Assembly: GCF_000008625.1 (NCBI RefSeq)
Contig: NC_001880.1
Coordinates: forward strand, 7,457 to 39,456
Length of the DNA: 32,000 bases
Source: Aquifex aeolicus VF5
GTDB taxonomy: Bacteria > Aquificota > Aquificia > Aquificales > Aquificaceae
Reading direction: 5' to 3'
Below, piece by piece: positions 1 through 8,502 of the stretch; positions within the stretch are counted from its first letter, which is position 1; each line of letters begins with the position of its first letter. The position numbers and the translations under genes are program-made. Under the pieces are notes generated by a model that was given only the letters and a program-made list of their open reading frames with translations, was not told the DNA's origin and searched no databases.

Positions 1-523
1 AAATCCCTTTGACGTGGACCTTGACCATTTAATAGCGCTTTTTCGGAAGAAAGCAAAAGAACTTAAGGGCTCCGAATACATGCTCGAAGCGGGAAAATTT
101 CTGGAGGCTTCTTCAAAACTCCTTTTGCTAAAGCTTGAATACTTCTTTCCCAAGTCCCAAAAAGAAAGGAAGAAGGTAAGTCTGAAGGAAGTTCAAGAAG
201 TATTGATAGAAGAGGGTGAGGAAGACCTTTCCCGTTTTGACACTTCTTTCTTGTGGGAGTATTCTCCTGAAGTCGGGAGACCTAAAAGCTCTAAAGGGGA
301 AAAGCCGAAAATCCTGGAGTGGAGAGAGTTCTGGAAACTCTCAAAAGAGCGCGTTCCACTTCACAGGGAACCGAACTGGCAGGAAGAGGCAAAAAGAGTT
401 TATGAGGAGATAAAGAGGGGAGTGTTCAGGATAAGGAACTTGAGGGACTTCATAGCTTTTCTGTTTGCCTACATGGAGTATGAGGAAGTCCAGAAGGAAG
501 AGCTATTAAGGAGATTACTTTAG
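1..523 (+). CDS. scpA: ScpA-like segregation and condensation protein, 5' end cut by the window edge
   Basis: The reading frame is open to the window start, giving NPFDVDLDHLIALFRKKAKEL...YMLEAGKFLEASSKLLLLKLEYFFP. This resembles the ScpA N-terminal pattern (PWDID..KL...F; KxLxAxSxLLxxKS). Only the GTG at 14 is in the ORF track. Confidence 0.65.
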   Translation, partial: NPFDVDLDHLIALFRKKAKELKGSEYMLEAGKFLEASSKLLLLKLEYFFPKSQKERKKVSLKEVQEVLIEEGEEDLSRFDTSFLWEYSPEVGRPKSSKGEKPKILEWREFWKLSKERVPLHREPNWQEEAKRVYEEIKRGVFRIRNLRDFIAFLFAYMEYEEVQKEELLRRLL

Positions 524-612
524 AGTAAAACTTGAGCGGCTACCGAAGGAAGGCTTTTCCGTTTTCGAGAAGGATTGTAATTATTTTCCCAAAAGTCTTT
601 CAACATAGTTTC

Positions 613-834
613 TTATTCGGAAAGTTTCTCCAAAAGATAATCCACAACTTCGGGTTTGAAGTAGTAGAGCCTTTTTCTTCCGCCCAATCTTTTGATGTGC
701 ATGTATTCTTGAGGTATAAAGCCTCTCAAAATCCAGTAGTATATGCCAGACCGTGTTATAGGAATTCCTTTCTTATTTAGTTCCTCTAAAAGTTCGCTCA
801 GGCTTATTAGCTTTTCTTCCGTCATCTGAACCAT
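613..834 (-). CDS. Small MerR-like/excisionase-like HTH protein (73 aa)
   Basis: SLSELLEELNKKGIPITRSGIYYWILRGFIP...YYFKPEVVDYLLEKLS. Paralogous to the ORF at 21874-22092. Confidence 0.7.
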   Translation of the reverse strand: MVQMTEEKLISLSELLEELNKKGIPITRSGIYYWILRGFIPQEYMHIKRLGGRKRLYYFKPEVVDYLLEKLSE

Positions 835-887
835 ACTATTAATTTTTCTTCAGTTTTTTAGATTGTCAAAATTTTTGCGATTCAGTG

Positions 888-1265
888 GTTCCGCTAAATT
901 TTGGCGGAACTTACAAATTCCCTTGAAAAATAAAAACTTGACGAAAGCCTTTTCCTGTTCAGTTCTGCTAAAACTTAGCGGAACTATTATCAAGTTCCCC
1001 AAAATCAACGCCTTCATAAGTGGAAGATTTCGGTTCCGCTAAATATATATTGTTGTTGAAATTCCCTTAAAGTTTTGAATTTTTCTACAACAGATTTTCT
1101 TTTAGCGGAACTCACACGTACGCTTATAAGCTCTTTGAAAATCAAAGTCTTGAAATGGGTTATGCGTAGTTCCGCTAACTTTTAGCGGAACTTTAGTCTT
1201 TTACACTTTTCGGAGAAAATTGGAAATCAAGAGTTTGACGTTGTTCCGCTAATATTTGGCGGAAC
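888..1265. repeat. Iteron-like array 1: four 23-bp palindromes, consensus GTTCCGCTAAnnTTTrGCGGAAC (one C/T variant), plus two half-sites
   Basis: Full sites at 888-910, 962-984 (GTTCTGCT variant), 1169-1191 and 1243-1265. Half-sites GTTCCGCT at 1033-1040 and AGCGGAAC at 1104-1111. Confidence 0.9.
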
Positions 1266-1328
1266 TCTAAATTTTTGATTTACTGAAAATCTGTAATCGG
1301 CTAAATTATTAACGAGAAGGTAATTACC

Positions 1329-2285
1329 GTGAGGGAGGAAGTTGAAAGGAAAATAAAGGAAGTTCTCGGAGTAAAAGAGGAGACTTTAAAGTATGAGGGA
1401 GTTTTCAGACGAAGAAAGAGGAAGGGGGCAAAGGAATACGAATATCTGGAAGCAAAGTTCTATGACATTGAAGAGAAGAAAATTGTAAACGTCCACGTCC
1501 CTGTAAAGAAAGAAAATCTTGTTCTTGAGCTGGACAGGCATTGGAAAGAAAGCAAGAAAAGGGAAAAAGAACTTGAAAAAAGGTTGAAAGAAATAATATC
1601 CGAATACAAAAATCCGGACCTAATAAGAGAAATCCTTGAAAGACTCCTTGAGGAAGGCATTCGGCGAGAAGCAAAAGATTACGCTTATGAAAAATACAAA
1701 AAGGAAGCTCTTGAGCTTTTTGAGAGGTTCAAGCCCTATCTTATCAAGCTAAGAAGGGAAAGACTGAAAAGAATAAACCTTTTGCAAGCACTATACCTTC
1801 TTGCGAATGTAAAGGAAATGTTCCAGGAAAAGGAAGAAGAACTTGAAAAGGTCATGGAAAGAGCGGTAAAAACAATCCTCTTTAGAGACCAAAACCAGAA
1901 ACTTCAGAGTCCTTTGGGAGTCTTGAAAAATGACTTTTTCCTTCCAAAAGAAACTCCTTACGATTTTTTGCTTTCTCGTTTCCTTCAAGCGGAACTCGAA
2001 CCTGTGCTTGAAAAGCTTCTGAAAGCGGAAATAGAAAAAGAAGAGACACAAGAGGCTATGGGAGAAATTGCAGAGTTTCTGACAGAACTTTCTGAAGAAG
2101 CAAAAAGTAGGGTTCTCAAAGTATTTCCATCCTTTTCGCAGTTTTCTAAAGTTTTGTACCGTGAGTGGAAGAAATCCGGACAATCTCTCAAGGATTTTCT
2201 TGTAGATTGGAAAAGCTTTCTCGAGTTCAAAGGAAAAGAAGCTGAAAAGGAAGTTTTGAACGTATTGTCTAAATTGAATTTATAA
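1329..2285 (+). CDS. Hypothetical 318-aa protein, candidate plasmid-type replication initiator/origin-binding protein
   Basis: Long ORF directly downstream of iteron array 1. Shares LLQALYLLAN(V/L)KE and (S/N)P(L/F)G(V/T)LKNDFFL...TPYDFLLS.F with the equally long ORF at 22553-23509. Function inferred from context. Confidence 0.75.
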   Translation: MREEVERKIKEVLGVKEETLKYEGVFRRRKRKGAKEYEYLEAKFYDIEEKKIVNVHVPVKKENLVLELDRHWKESKKREKELEKRLKEIISEYKNPDLIREILERLLEEGIRREAKDYAYEKYKKEALELFERFKPYLIKLRRERLKRINLLQALYLLANVKEMFQEKEEELEKVMERAVKTILFRDQNQKLQSPLGVLKNDFFLPKETPYDFLLSRFLQAELEPVLEKLLKAEIEKEETQEAMGEIAEFLTELSEEAKSRVLKVFPSFSQFSKVLYREWKKSGQSLKDFLVDWKSFLEFKGKEAEKEVLNVLSKLNL

Positions 2286-2674
2286 GGTAAGTTATTTAAT
2301 TAACCTTACTTAGTTAACTAAGCTAATTTATTGCCGGTTAAGTAATTTTCGAAAATGTTCTGAAGCTTGTACTCAGAAATCAAATTCCCCTTCAAGTTTT
2401 CCCGGAAACTCCTTAGAGCCTACTATTTATCCAGAGACAGGTAAAGAACCTGACAGAGAAGGGAAAGAGGGTAGATTCTTGCTTTGAGCTTGAAAGCCCT
2501 GCTTTACTCCTTAATCACTAAACGGGAAATGGAAATACCTGATACCACGGTCAAATGATGTAAACTATTGTCAGCAAAGAAGAAAAGGTTGATTATTCAG
2601 AACTGGCTTCCGAGGCTTTCATTTTAAGGGAAAAGTTGAAAGTGATAAAGTAGTTGACAATAAAGGAGTTTGTC

Positions 2675-2980
2675 ATGATATAGCCGAGCAATATAAAAAC
2701 CGAGGAGGACGTAAAGGAAGCAATTAAGGAGATTTTCAAAGATAAGAAGGTTAAGGTTTACCTTTTTGGCTCGAGGGCAAGGGGTGAGAACACACCCAGA
2801 AGCGACCTTAATCTGGGCTTTCTGTCGGATGAGGATATAGGTTATGAGCTTTCTCTTTTGAGGGAAATACTTGAGGAGTCAAACCTTCCCTTCTCGGTTG
2901 ATGTTGTTGACTTATCAAAGGCGGGAAGGGAGTTCAGGGAAATGGTTTTAAAGGAGGGTAAACTTTGGATAAGTTTATAA
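2675..2980 (+). pseudogene. MNT-type minimal nucleotidyltransferase, degraded
   Basis: Reads ATG ATA TAG then PSNIKTEEDVKEAIKEIFKDKKVKVYLFGSRARGENTPRSDLNLGF..FSVDVVDLSKAGREF. The GSRARG...SD motif is present, but codon 3 is TAG and the second catalytic Asp is Asn (SDLN). Absent from the ORF track. Confidence 0.7.
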
Positions 2981-3018
2981 AGCAATTAGAAGACTTTGAG
3001 AAATCCGTAAGGGAGAAC
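2965..3018 (+). pseudogene. N-terminal fragment of the HEPN-type partner of the MNT protein
   Basis: A TTG start overlaps the MNT 3' end and follows AAGGAGGG: LDKFIKQLEDFEKSVREN. The frame then runs into an IS-end-like sequence at 3019. Confidence 0.4.
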
Positions 3019-3065
3019 GCCAAGTTAAGGATTAGAGGAGTGTAGTGATCTAACGAGAATAAAAG
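3019..3065. mobile_element. Solo IS-end remnant (GCCAAGTTAAGGATTAGAGGAGTGTAGTGATCTAACGAGAATAAAAG)
   Basis: Nearly identical to the end adjoining the transposase fragment at 12249 onward (GCCAAGTTAAGGGTTAGAGGAGTGGAATGATCTAACGAGAATAAAAG). Confidence 0.65.
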
Positions 3066-3140
3066 AAGCAAGATGAGATTTGTTGCATTTTGGCCAAGTT
3101 GGCAATTTTGCAACGAATTTGCGAGGTTAAAATCATTTTT

Positions 3141-3437
3141 ATGTGGGAGCTTTTGAAGCTTCTTGAGAGCTACTTTTCTTATCTTGATTACTGGGTAGGA
3201 AAGCAGGAAAGTGAAATCGGGAAAGTACTTGTTTTGCTGGTATTTCTTTTTACGCCTGTTGCGGTATGGAGGGTGTTGGGGAAGAAGTACAGGTTTCTTG
3301 AGAGGTACTTGAGGCTTGTAGCTTTTGTAATGTTTATTGCGACGGGGGCTTACGTTTTTCATCGGTATTTTGAGGTAGGTTTGCTTTGGGGACTCGTGCT
3401 TTCGTCTAAAGTTTACGAGTTTTTATGGAGTGACTAG
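3141..3437 (+). CDS. Hypothetical membrane protein
   Basis: MWELLKLLESYFSYLDYW...VLVLLVFLFTPVAVWRVL...LVAFVMFIATGAYVF. An internal ATG is the more plausible start than the 3090 start in the track. Confidence 0.5.
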   Translation: MWELLKLLESYFSYLDYWVGKQESEIGKVLVLLVFLFTPVAVWRVLGKKYRFLERYLRLVAFVMFIATGAYVFHRYFEVGLLWGLVLSSKVYEFLWSD

Positions 3438-3503
3438 AAGTCTATTTTAAATCCCTTGATTTTCGAGGAAAATCTTAATGGAAGTTTACCCCTAAACTTG
3501 GAA

Positions 3504-3625
3504 AGCTTGAAATACAAGCATTTCCCGAAGAAAGAGGTCTCAAAACTTATTACTACCTGAAACCGCAAGTTGTGGACTACCTTGTAGAAAAGCTTTCCAA
3601 TACTATCAACCGCCTGTATATTTAG
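3504..3625 (+). pseudogene. C-terminal remnant of the same small HTH family as 613-834 and 21874-22092
   Basis: Plus-strand translation PKLGKLEIQAFPEERGLKTYYYLKPQVVDYLVEKLS matches the YYFKPEVVDYLLEKLS tail. Confidence 0.6.
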
Positions 3626-3954
3626 ATTTGGAGTATAGGGAAATTATATCCTTTCCATGTTTTTCTATATAGAGAAAGGTAGAGGTCTTTACCGGAAAGT
3701 TCAAGGAGTTCCTTTTCAAACTCCGAGATGTGATATATGCCGTGCTTGAGGTGGAGGAGTTCGTGGGCTATGAGATATCCGAGTTCTTCATCGCTCAGCT
3801 TTGGGATAAGTTCCCTGTTGATGTATATGACCCTCTTCGTCAGGGAAACAGGGGCGAGCTTTCTTTTAAATCTTTTGAGTTCTATCTTGACCTCCCTCTC
3901 TATTCCCAACCTTTCCTTGAGTTCTTTGAGTAAGTTCTCAACCCTCTCCTTCAT
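3622..3954 (-). CDS. Small putative zinc metalloprotease-like protein (HExxH)
   Basis: VIYINRELIPKLSDEELGYLIAHELLHLKHGIYH contains HELLH. Confidence 0.65.
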   Translation of the reverse strand: MKERVENLLKELKERLGIEREVKIELKRFKRKLAPVSLTKRVIYINRELIPKLSDEELGYLIAHELLHLKHGIYHISEFEKELLELSGKDLYLSLYRKTWKGYNFPILQI

Positions 3955-4210
3955 TTCTCAGCTCTTTTACCATAAGAAGAATTACCTCCTCAACTGCGAA
4001 GTTCACAAGCTCAGCAAGTCGGGATGGCTCCATCTCAAGGGTCAGAATAAGCTCTTCTTTGAGTTTTGCCTTCATTTCCTCCGTTATGAGATTCCTCGAA
4101 AGAAGTTCACCGATAACCTTCTTAAGTCCTTCCGTCTCCCTCAAATTACCTCCTTTACTCTTTACGTACATATAAGTTCCTGAGTATAAGCCAACAGGTA
4201 AGAAATTCAT
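3938..4210 (-). CDS. Hypothetical protein, overlapping upstream partner of the HExxH gene
   Basis: 90-aa ORF whose 3' end overlaps the start of the HExxH ORF. Confidence 0.5.
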   Translation of the reverse strand: MNFLPVGLYSGTYMYVKSKGGNLRETEGLKKVIGELLSRNLITEEMKAKLKEELILTLEMEPSRLAELVNFAVEEVILLMVKELRNEGEG

Positions 4211-4357
4211 TCAAGGAGTTTGGGAAAAATTCGGACAACTGCCCGTGTAGTAACAGTCAGGACAAAATTTGTGAGGGGAAAGAGAGGTTTATATGTGAGA
4301 TCCTAATTGAATATGTGAAAAAATTAAAAAGTAAGAATCTTAGGGGAGGTTAAAGTC

Positions 4358-5404
4358 ATGAGAAGGGAAATACTTTCAAGAACTCTCCTTCTTTCAAGCC
4401 TATTTGTAGCCGGAGGGTTTCTGACTGCCTGCGGAGGCGGCGGTGGAGGAACAGGAGGAGGAGAGCAGGGTAAGATCACAAACGAGCTACAGGCTAAAGC
4501 CGCTTTAGGTAATTCATTAAGTGCAATACGAAGCAGTGCAGGGTTAACCGAAGATACTCAAACAGGAGTAGGAGCTGCATCTGTAGGGAATAAGGGAGGT
4601 TGGCTTAGGGACGCCTTGAAGCTCTACAAGTCCGCTGCTCCTCAAACGGGAACGCTTGCCTCTCAGCAACAGTATACGTGTGATAACGGAGGTACTGCAA
4701 CCATAGATTACTCTTACGATTCAAATACCAGAACCGCCAGTGCAACTATTACTTTTGATAATTGTGGAAACACTTGCAGTCTAAACAAGTATGTCATATT
4801 CAACGGAACTATGCGTTTCTCCGGGAAAGATATCAATCAAAACTATATCTTGGAAAGCGGCAGCATATCTGTAGATTCCGGATTCTCTTATACCGACCAG
4901 TGTGAGAATGAGGGTGTTTACTTCGAGGGCAACTTCTCAATATCTGTGAAGGGGTATATCCCAAATACTGGGGATATTGAAGACGGAAATAATAACTATA
5001 AAGCCGACCTGACACTCGATGGAGGACCCGTTAAGGTTACAGATGGTTCAAAGTGGGAAAGGGGCTCTTTCGATAACTTGACTTTCTATATTAACGAATA
5101 TTATCCCGCAAGCGCTGATTACGAGTGGAAAGTCAACGGGGGTTTCAGGTATCAAGACAGTTACTGCGTAACAGATCCAGTATACCTCAGCTTCAACACA
5201 ACAAACATCTTCAAGGGCTACAACACGGTTGAGTGTGAATACACAGGAAGACTCTCCGTTAATAACGACCTTATAGTTGCAGAATCCTACGATCCCGATA
5301 GTAAGCCTTCCGAAACGGAAAACTACCTTAAAATCCTCTTTAACGGAAATGTGGTATTCGACAACCTCTGTACCAACTTCAATCCTCCGGATACGTGCAG
5401 CTGA
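4358..5404 (+). CDS. Putative lipoprotein (348 aa)
   Basis: Signal peptide with lipobox LTAC-GGGGGGTGGGEQ. Upstream GGGAGG-like RBS. Multiple Cys and Ser/Thr/Asn-rich extracellular composition. Confidence 0.8.
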   Translation: MRREILSRTLLLSSLFVAGGFLTACGGGGGGTGGGEQGKITNELQAKAALGNSLSAIRSSAGLTEDTQTGVGAASVGNKGGWLRDALKLYKSAAPQTGTLASQQQYTCDNGGTATIDYSYDSNTRTASATITFDNCGNTCSLNKYVIFNGTMRFSGKDINQNYILESGSISVDSGFSYTDQCENEGVYFEGNFSISVKGYIPNTGDIEDGNNNYKADLTLDGGPVKVTDGSKWERGSFDNLTFYINEYYPASADYEWKVNGGFRYQDSYCVTDPVYLSFNTTNIFKGYNTVECEYTGRLSVNNDLIVAESYDPDSKPSETENYLKILFNGNVVFDNLCTNFNPPDTCS

Positions 5405-5494
5405 TAATTGAGAGCCTCAGCCCCTTTTCTAATAAAGAACCTGAGGAACATAAGAACGGAAAGAACTAAAAGAAGCCAAGAAGGAGCGAAGGAG

Positions 5495-6500
5495 TTACAG
5501 CCCCATCTCCGCCAACCTGTATGAAAAAGTAACCCTTCTCAACTTCTGTTCTGAAGTCTTCCCTGAACCTTTAAATCTTGTTTCGAGCACGTAAACAGCC
5601 TTTTCAGAGCAGTAAACTACATTCGGATAAAGGAAGTTATCATCCTCTACTGCATTTGAGCTGAACCACTCTTTGACTTCTTCAGGTATTGCAAAAGAGT
5701 GATCCTGTAAATAAAGGGCTACGAGTCCCATAACAACGGCCGTAGCCATTGATGTTCCTGCAAAGGGAACATAGTAATGACCTTCGGCACAAATGTAGGG
5801 ATCGGAGTGAGATGAGAATTCTGAATTTGTGCTGCAGATAAAATACCCTCCTGCCACAATGTTTGGTTTTATCCTTCCGTTCCTTGTTGGTCCCCTTGAG
5901 GAAAAGTATGCTATCCTTCCTGCGTTGTAAAATGATTGCGTATCAAGTGGTCTGCTTGCAAAGGCTCCTACCGTTATAACCCTCTTGGAAGTTCCCGGAT
6001 TCGTTACTGTAAAGGTTATCCCTCCTGTAGGATCCCTTTCGTAATGGTCGCTGAAGGAACCGCTACCTGAGATTACCCACATTATCAACCCTGAGTTCAT
6101 TGCACCGCAATTTGTTTCCCAGACCCTCTCATATCCGTTCGTATCCTTTCCCGAATCCACTCCTACGCAGTAATCCGATCCAGGAGCACAGACATCAATT
6201 CTGTATTCGGATCCCTGAATGTACCAGCCCTCTACAAGAAGTAACTCCGTAGTTCACGGATATACGAACTCTATCTTCAACTTCAGTATTACTGGCATGG
6301 ATTCTTTTGCTTCTGTTGTTCCCTAGGGCAGCCACTACAACAAACCCAGACCAGAAACGTTATCTATCTCCTTCTCTAGAAGGGAAGTTCCATCGTGAGA
6401 TCCTGCAAGTGTTTCTACAGCGAGATTTGTAACTGAAGGCATTCCGAGAAGCTCTACATTTTCCTTTATCCATCTCAGCCCTATTATTACATCAGAATTC
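5495..6500 (-). pseudogene. Subtilisin-like (S8) serine protease, frameshifted
   Basis: The C-terminal frame has YFSSRGPTRNGRIKPNIVAGG...FAGTSMATA. Upstream segments in other frames read ECTNSDVIIGLRWIKENVELLGMPSVTNLA and FVVVAALGNNRSKRIHASNTEVEDRVRISVNYGVTS, so at least two frameshifts. Confidence 0.8.
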
Positions 6501-6571
6501 GTACATTCCGTAAGTTTATAAACTATCAGGGAAGATGTAATCTTTGATTTTCAATAAGTTATTAACCTATT

Positions 6572-6775
6572 TTAAAGCTATCATTAACTCTCGGCAGTGG
6601 AAGTATAGGGCTGTTGTTCAAGCTTGATAGCTTCCTAAAAGTCATTTTGCTTATAGTTGGAGTAGCTTTAACCACAGCTTTTGCAGGGCTTACGATAATC
6701 TTTTACCGAAAAGCTATTGACCTTCTTGAAGAGCTTGAGAAATTAGAAAAGAATAATGAGGCGAAAAATGTATGA
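6572..6775 (+). CDS. Tiny membrane protein family A, locus 1; start codon not identified
   Basis: ...LKLSLTLGSGSIGLLFKLDSFLKVILLIVGVALTTAFAGLTIIFYRKAIDLLEELEKLEKNNEAKNV*. Homologous to 16001-16168 and 12840-13109. Confidence 0.5.
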   Translation, partial: LKLSLTLGSGSIGLLFKLDSFLKVILLIVGVALTTAFAGLTIIFYRKAIDLLEELEKLEKNNEAKNV

Positions 6776-6884
6776 TGTAATTGCTTACTTTGGAGCTATT
6801 GCTATTGGGATTATCTTACTGACTATGGCAATTGTGATGCTCAAACTCGCCTTAGAAGAAGGTAAAAAGCCAAAAGCTAAGTAA
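6768..6884 (+). CDS. Tiny membrane protein family B, locus 1 (38 aa)
   Basis: MYDVIAYFGAIAIGIILLTMAIVMLKLALEEGKKPKAK. Overlaps the end of A by 8 nt. Homologue at 15856-15972. Confidence 0.65.
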   Translation: MYDVIAYFGAIAIGIILLTMAIVMLKLALEEGKKPKAK

Positions 6885-6903
6885 AAGAAGGAGAGGAAGT
6901 CTT

Positions 6904-7107
6904 TTGAGACTAAAAAGGGAGACTCTTAAAGAAACAGGAAAGCTTTTCTATGACCTCAGTAAAATTTCCGCAGGTTTGGGGTTGTTGCTTCCTTTCCTTA
7001 AAGGAGAGAACGTAAGCATATTTTCCGCTTTAATTGCACTTTTTTCTTCTCTTGTGTTTTTCGTAATAGGGCTAATTTTAATCAATAAAGGAGCTGAAAA
7101 TGACTGA
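6904..7107 (+). CDS. Tiny membrane protein family C, locus 1 (67 aa)
   Basis: MRLKRETLKETGKLFYDLSK...LLINKGAEND. Paralogue at 15628-15831. Confidence 0.7.
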   Translation: MRLKRETLKETGKLFYDLSKISAGLGLLLPFLKGENVSIFSALIALFSSLVFFVIGLILINKGAEND

Positions 7108-7207
7108 CCTAATACTCTACTACCTTATACTTGTCGGAGGGCTGGCTTTAGCAGGATTGGTAGTTTACTTCCTTGCAAACAAGCAGGAAGCTAAAAAGCA
7201 GGGATAA
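7100..7207 (+). CDS. Tiny membrane protein family D, locus 1 (35 aa)
   Basis: MTDLILYYLILVGGLALAGLVVYFLANKQEAKKQG. Overlaps C by 8 nt. Homologue at 15528-15635. Confidence 0.65.
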   Translation: MTDLILYYLILVGGLALAGLVVYFLANKQEAKKQG

Positions 7208-7226
7208 GTACCGAAAGATATATGAT

Positions 7227-7343
7227 GTGATAGTCTACTTCGGGGCTATAACTTTAGCGGTCATATTTCTCGTTATGGGCATAGTAATGACAAAATTGAT
7301 GATAGAGGAAAGGAAGAAAAGACAAAAACCCGAAACCAAGTAA
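7227..7343 (+). CDS. Second family-B-like tiny membrane protein in locus 1; start uncertain
   Basis: ...IYDVIVYFGAITLAVIFLVMGIVMTKLMIEERKKRQKPETK*. A GTG start at 7227 is possible. Confidence 0.5.
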   Translation: MIVYFGAITLAVIFLVMGIVMTKLMIEERKKRQKPETK

Positions 7344-7346
7344 GCC

Positions 7347-7692
7347 TTACCTTCTCCAGAACTCCCACCACCTCTTTTGAGGCTTGGCTTCCAGCTTCTT
7401 TATCCTCTCCTGGAGCTCCCTGATGAGTTCGTCTTTCTCCTTTAGCCGTCCTTCAAGTTCCCCTAGTTTGTAGATGGCTTTCTGGAGTTGTTCCTGGGTC
7501 TTTTGATACTCGGAAAATGGAACGATTGCCCCGCTTACAGTTTTTCTCTCTTCGCCTTTGAGTTGTAGATACAGCATTTGTATGGTTCGGCTTACCGCTT
7601 CGGTCTTCAGAAATCCCAAGTGTTCTTGCTATCTCCTGAAGTTCTTGGGTTATCTCTCCCGAAAGTCTAAAGGTCTTTTTAACTCGCTCCAT
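7347..7692 (-). pseudogene. Ribbon-helix-helix DNA-binding protein with C-terminal coiled coil, single-nt frameshift
   Basis: MERVKKTFRLSGEITQELQEIARTLGIS in one frame continues as KTEAVSRTIQMLYLQLKGEERK...KRWWEFWRR in the next. Deleting one nt in ATTTCTGAAGACC restores GISKTEAVSRTI. Confidence 0.65.
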
Positions 7693-7849
7693 AAATCCAT
7701 CTTTAAGGGCGTATGGCTTTTGTATGACTTTTGTCGGGCCTTAAAGCCATACAGGAGGAGCTTGAAATTTCATAGCCATACATAGACGCTTGACTATTAA
7801 GTCCAGGGTTGCATTACGGAAAAGTCAGGTTAAATTATAAATCCGCTAC

Positions 7850-8040
7850 TGTATGAGGGAAGGAACGGGATATCCCAACGAAGGGGAGGTTCCCCGATGA
7901 TGTGGGATGGAAAGTCCCGTTCCTGAAATGAGGTTGGAGTGTTAAGTAACCTGTCCCATCTCCTACATGGAGGTGGGAAAGCCCGCCCTGTGGTGCGGGT
8001 TGGGGTTTCGCTGAAAGGTCCCTCACGTGAGGGACACAAT
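7850..8040. ncRNA. Candidate structured non-coding RNA, class unknown; orientation undetermined
   Basis: GC-rich island with nested helices 7862-7870/7915-7923, 7872-7877/7903-7908 and 7883-7887/7891-7895. Hairpins at 7955-7963/7969-7977, 7980-7986/7995-8001 and 8018-8035. No convincing ORF. Confidence 0.5.
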
Positions 8041-8163
8041 CTAAGCGGAGCCCCTAAAGCAACAGCTACTAATGTCTACTTAATGTCTATGTTTTAGAGT
8101 AGCTGTTGCAACCACGAGTGTATAGTAAATGCTTGACTATCAAGGTAGAAAGGAAGCTTGTGC

Positions 8164-8502
8164 TTAGATAGGCTCAGTTTTGATTAGTTCAACAAGGGCT
8201 TTCAAAACCTTTATTGCTACCTGGATGTGAGGGTTCTTGGTTTTCAAATCCTTGACTTGTTCATATAGGTCGAGATATCTCTTATCCGCTTGTCTTATCT
8301 CATCCAGTAGCTGTTGCGGTATGTTCTCCTTATTCTTAGCTAAGTCTTCTCTTATTAAAAGGACCTGTGTTAGTTCAAAATCAAGAGCTGTGGGATAATC
8401 AACCTTAAAGTCTTCTATATCCGTGTAAAGTGCTTCGCTAACGTAAATCTTCAAGGAGTCTTCTAAGCTCTTTTCTAAAGTTTTCATTCTTATTCTTTCC
8501 AA
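8164..8502 (-). CDS. Hypothetical protein
   Basis: 112-aa helical, charged ORF overlapping the upstream ORF. Confidence 0.55.

Noticed and set aside
888-1265. Considered a CRISPR array for the regularly spaced palindromes
   Set aside because: Units are perfect dyads of 22-23 bp with half-sites and unequal gaps (about 51-80 bp), which fits binding sites rather than repeat-spacer units.
1405-2230. Antisense ORFs 1405-1674, 1460-1660, 1791-2183, 1985-2230
   Set aside because: Shadow ORFs opposite the strongly supported 318-aa gene.
2934-3362. Minus-strand 142-aa ORF
   Set aside because: Low-complexity; overlaps the MNT/HEPN remnants, an IS-end remnant and the plus-strand membrane ORF. Only the segment over the IS end resembles the transposase tail.
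3730-4183. ORFs 3730-3933 and 3737-4183 (+)
   Set aside because: They lie opposite the HExxH protein and its overlapping partner, which have better motif and operon support.
7830-8039. Track ORFs 7830-8039 (-) and 7835-8026 (+)
   Set aside because: They overlap on opposite strands across the GC-rich palindromic region, have no RBS or domain, and look like by-products of a structured RNA locus.
7850-8040. Considered RNase P RNA or a group II intron for the structured region
   Set aside because: GGAAAGTCCC-like text is superficially similar to RNase P GAGGAAAGTCC, but the hallmark conserved blocks and a domain V-like hairpin were not recognised. Class left open.
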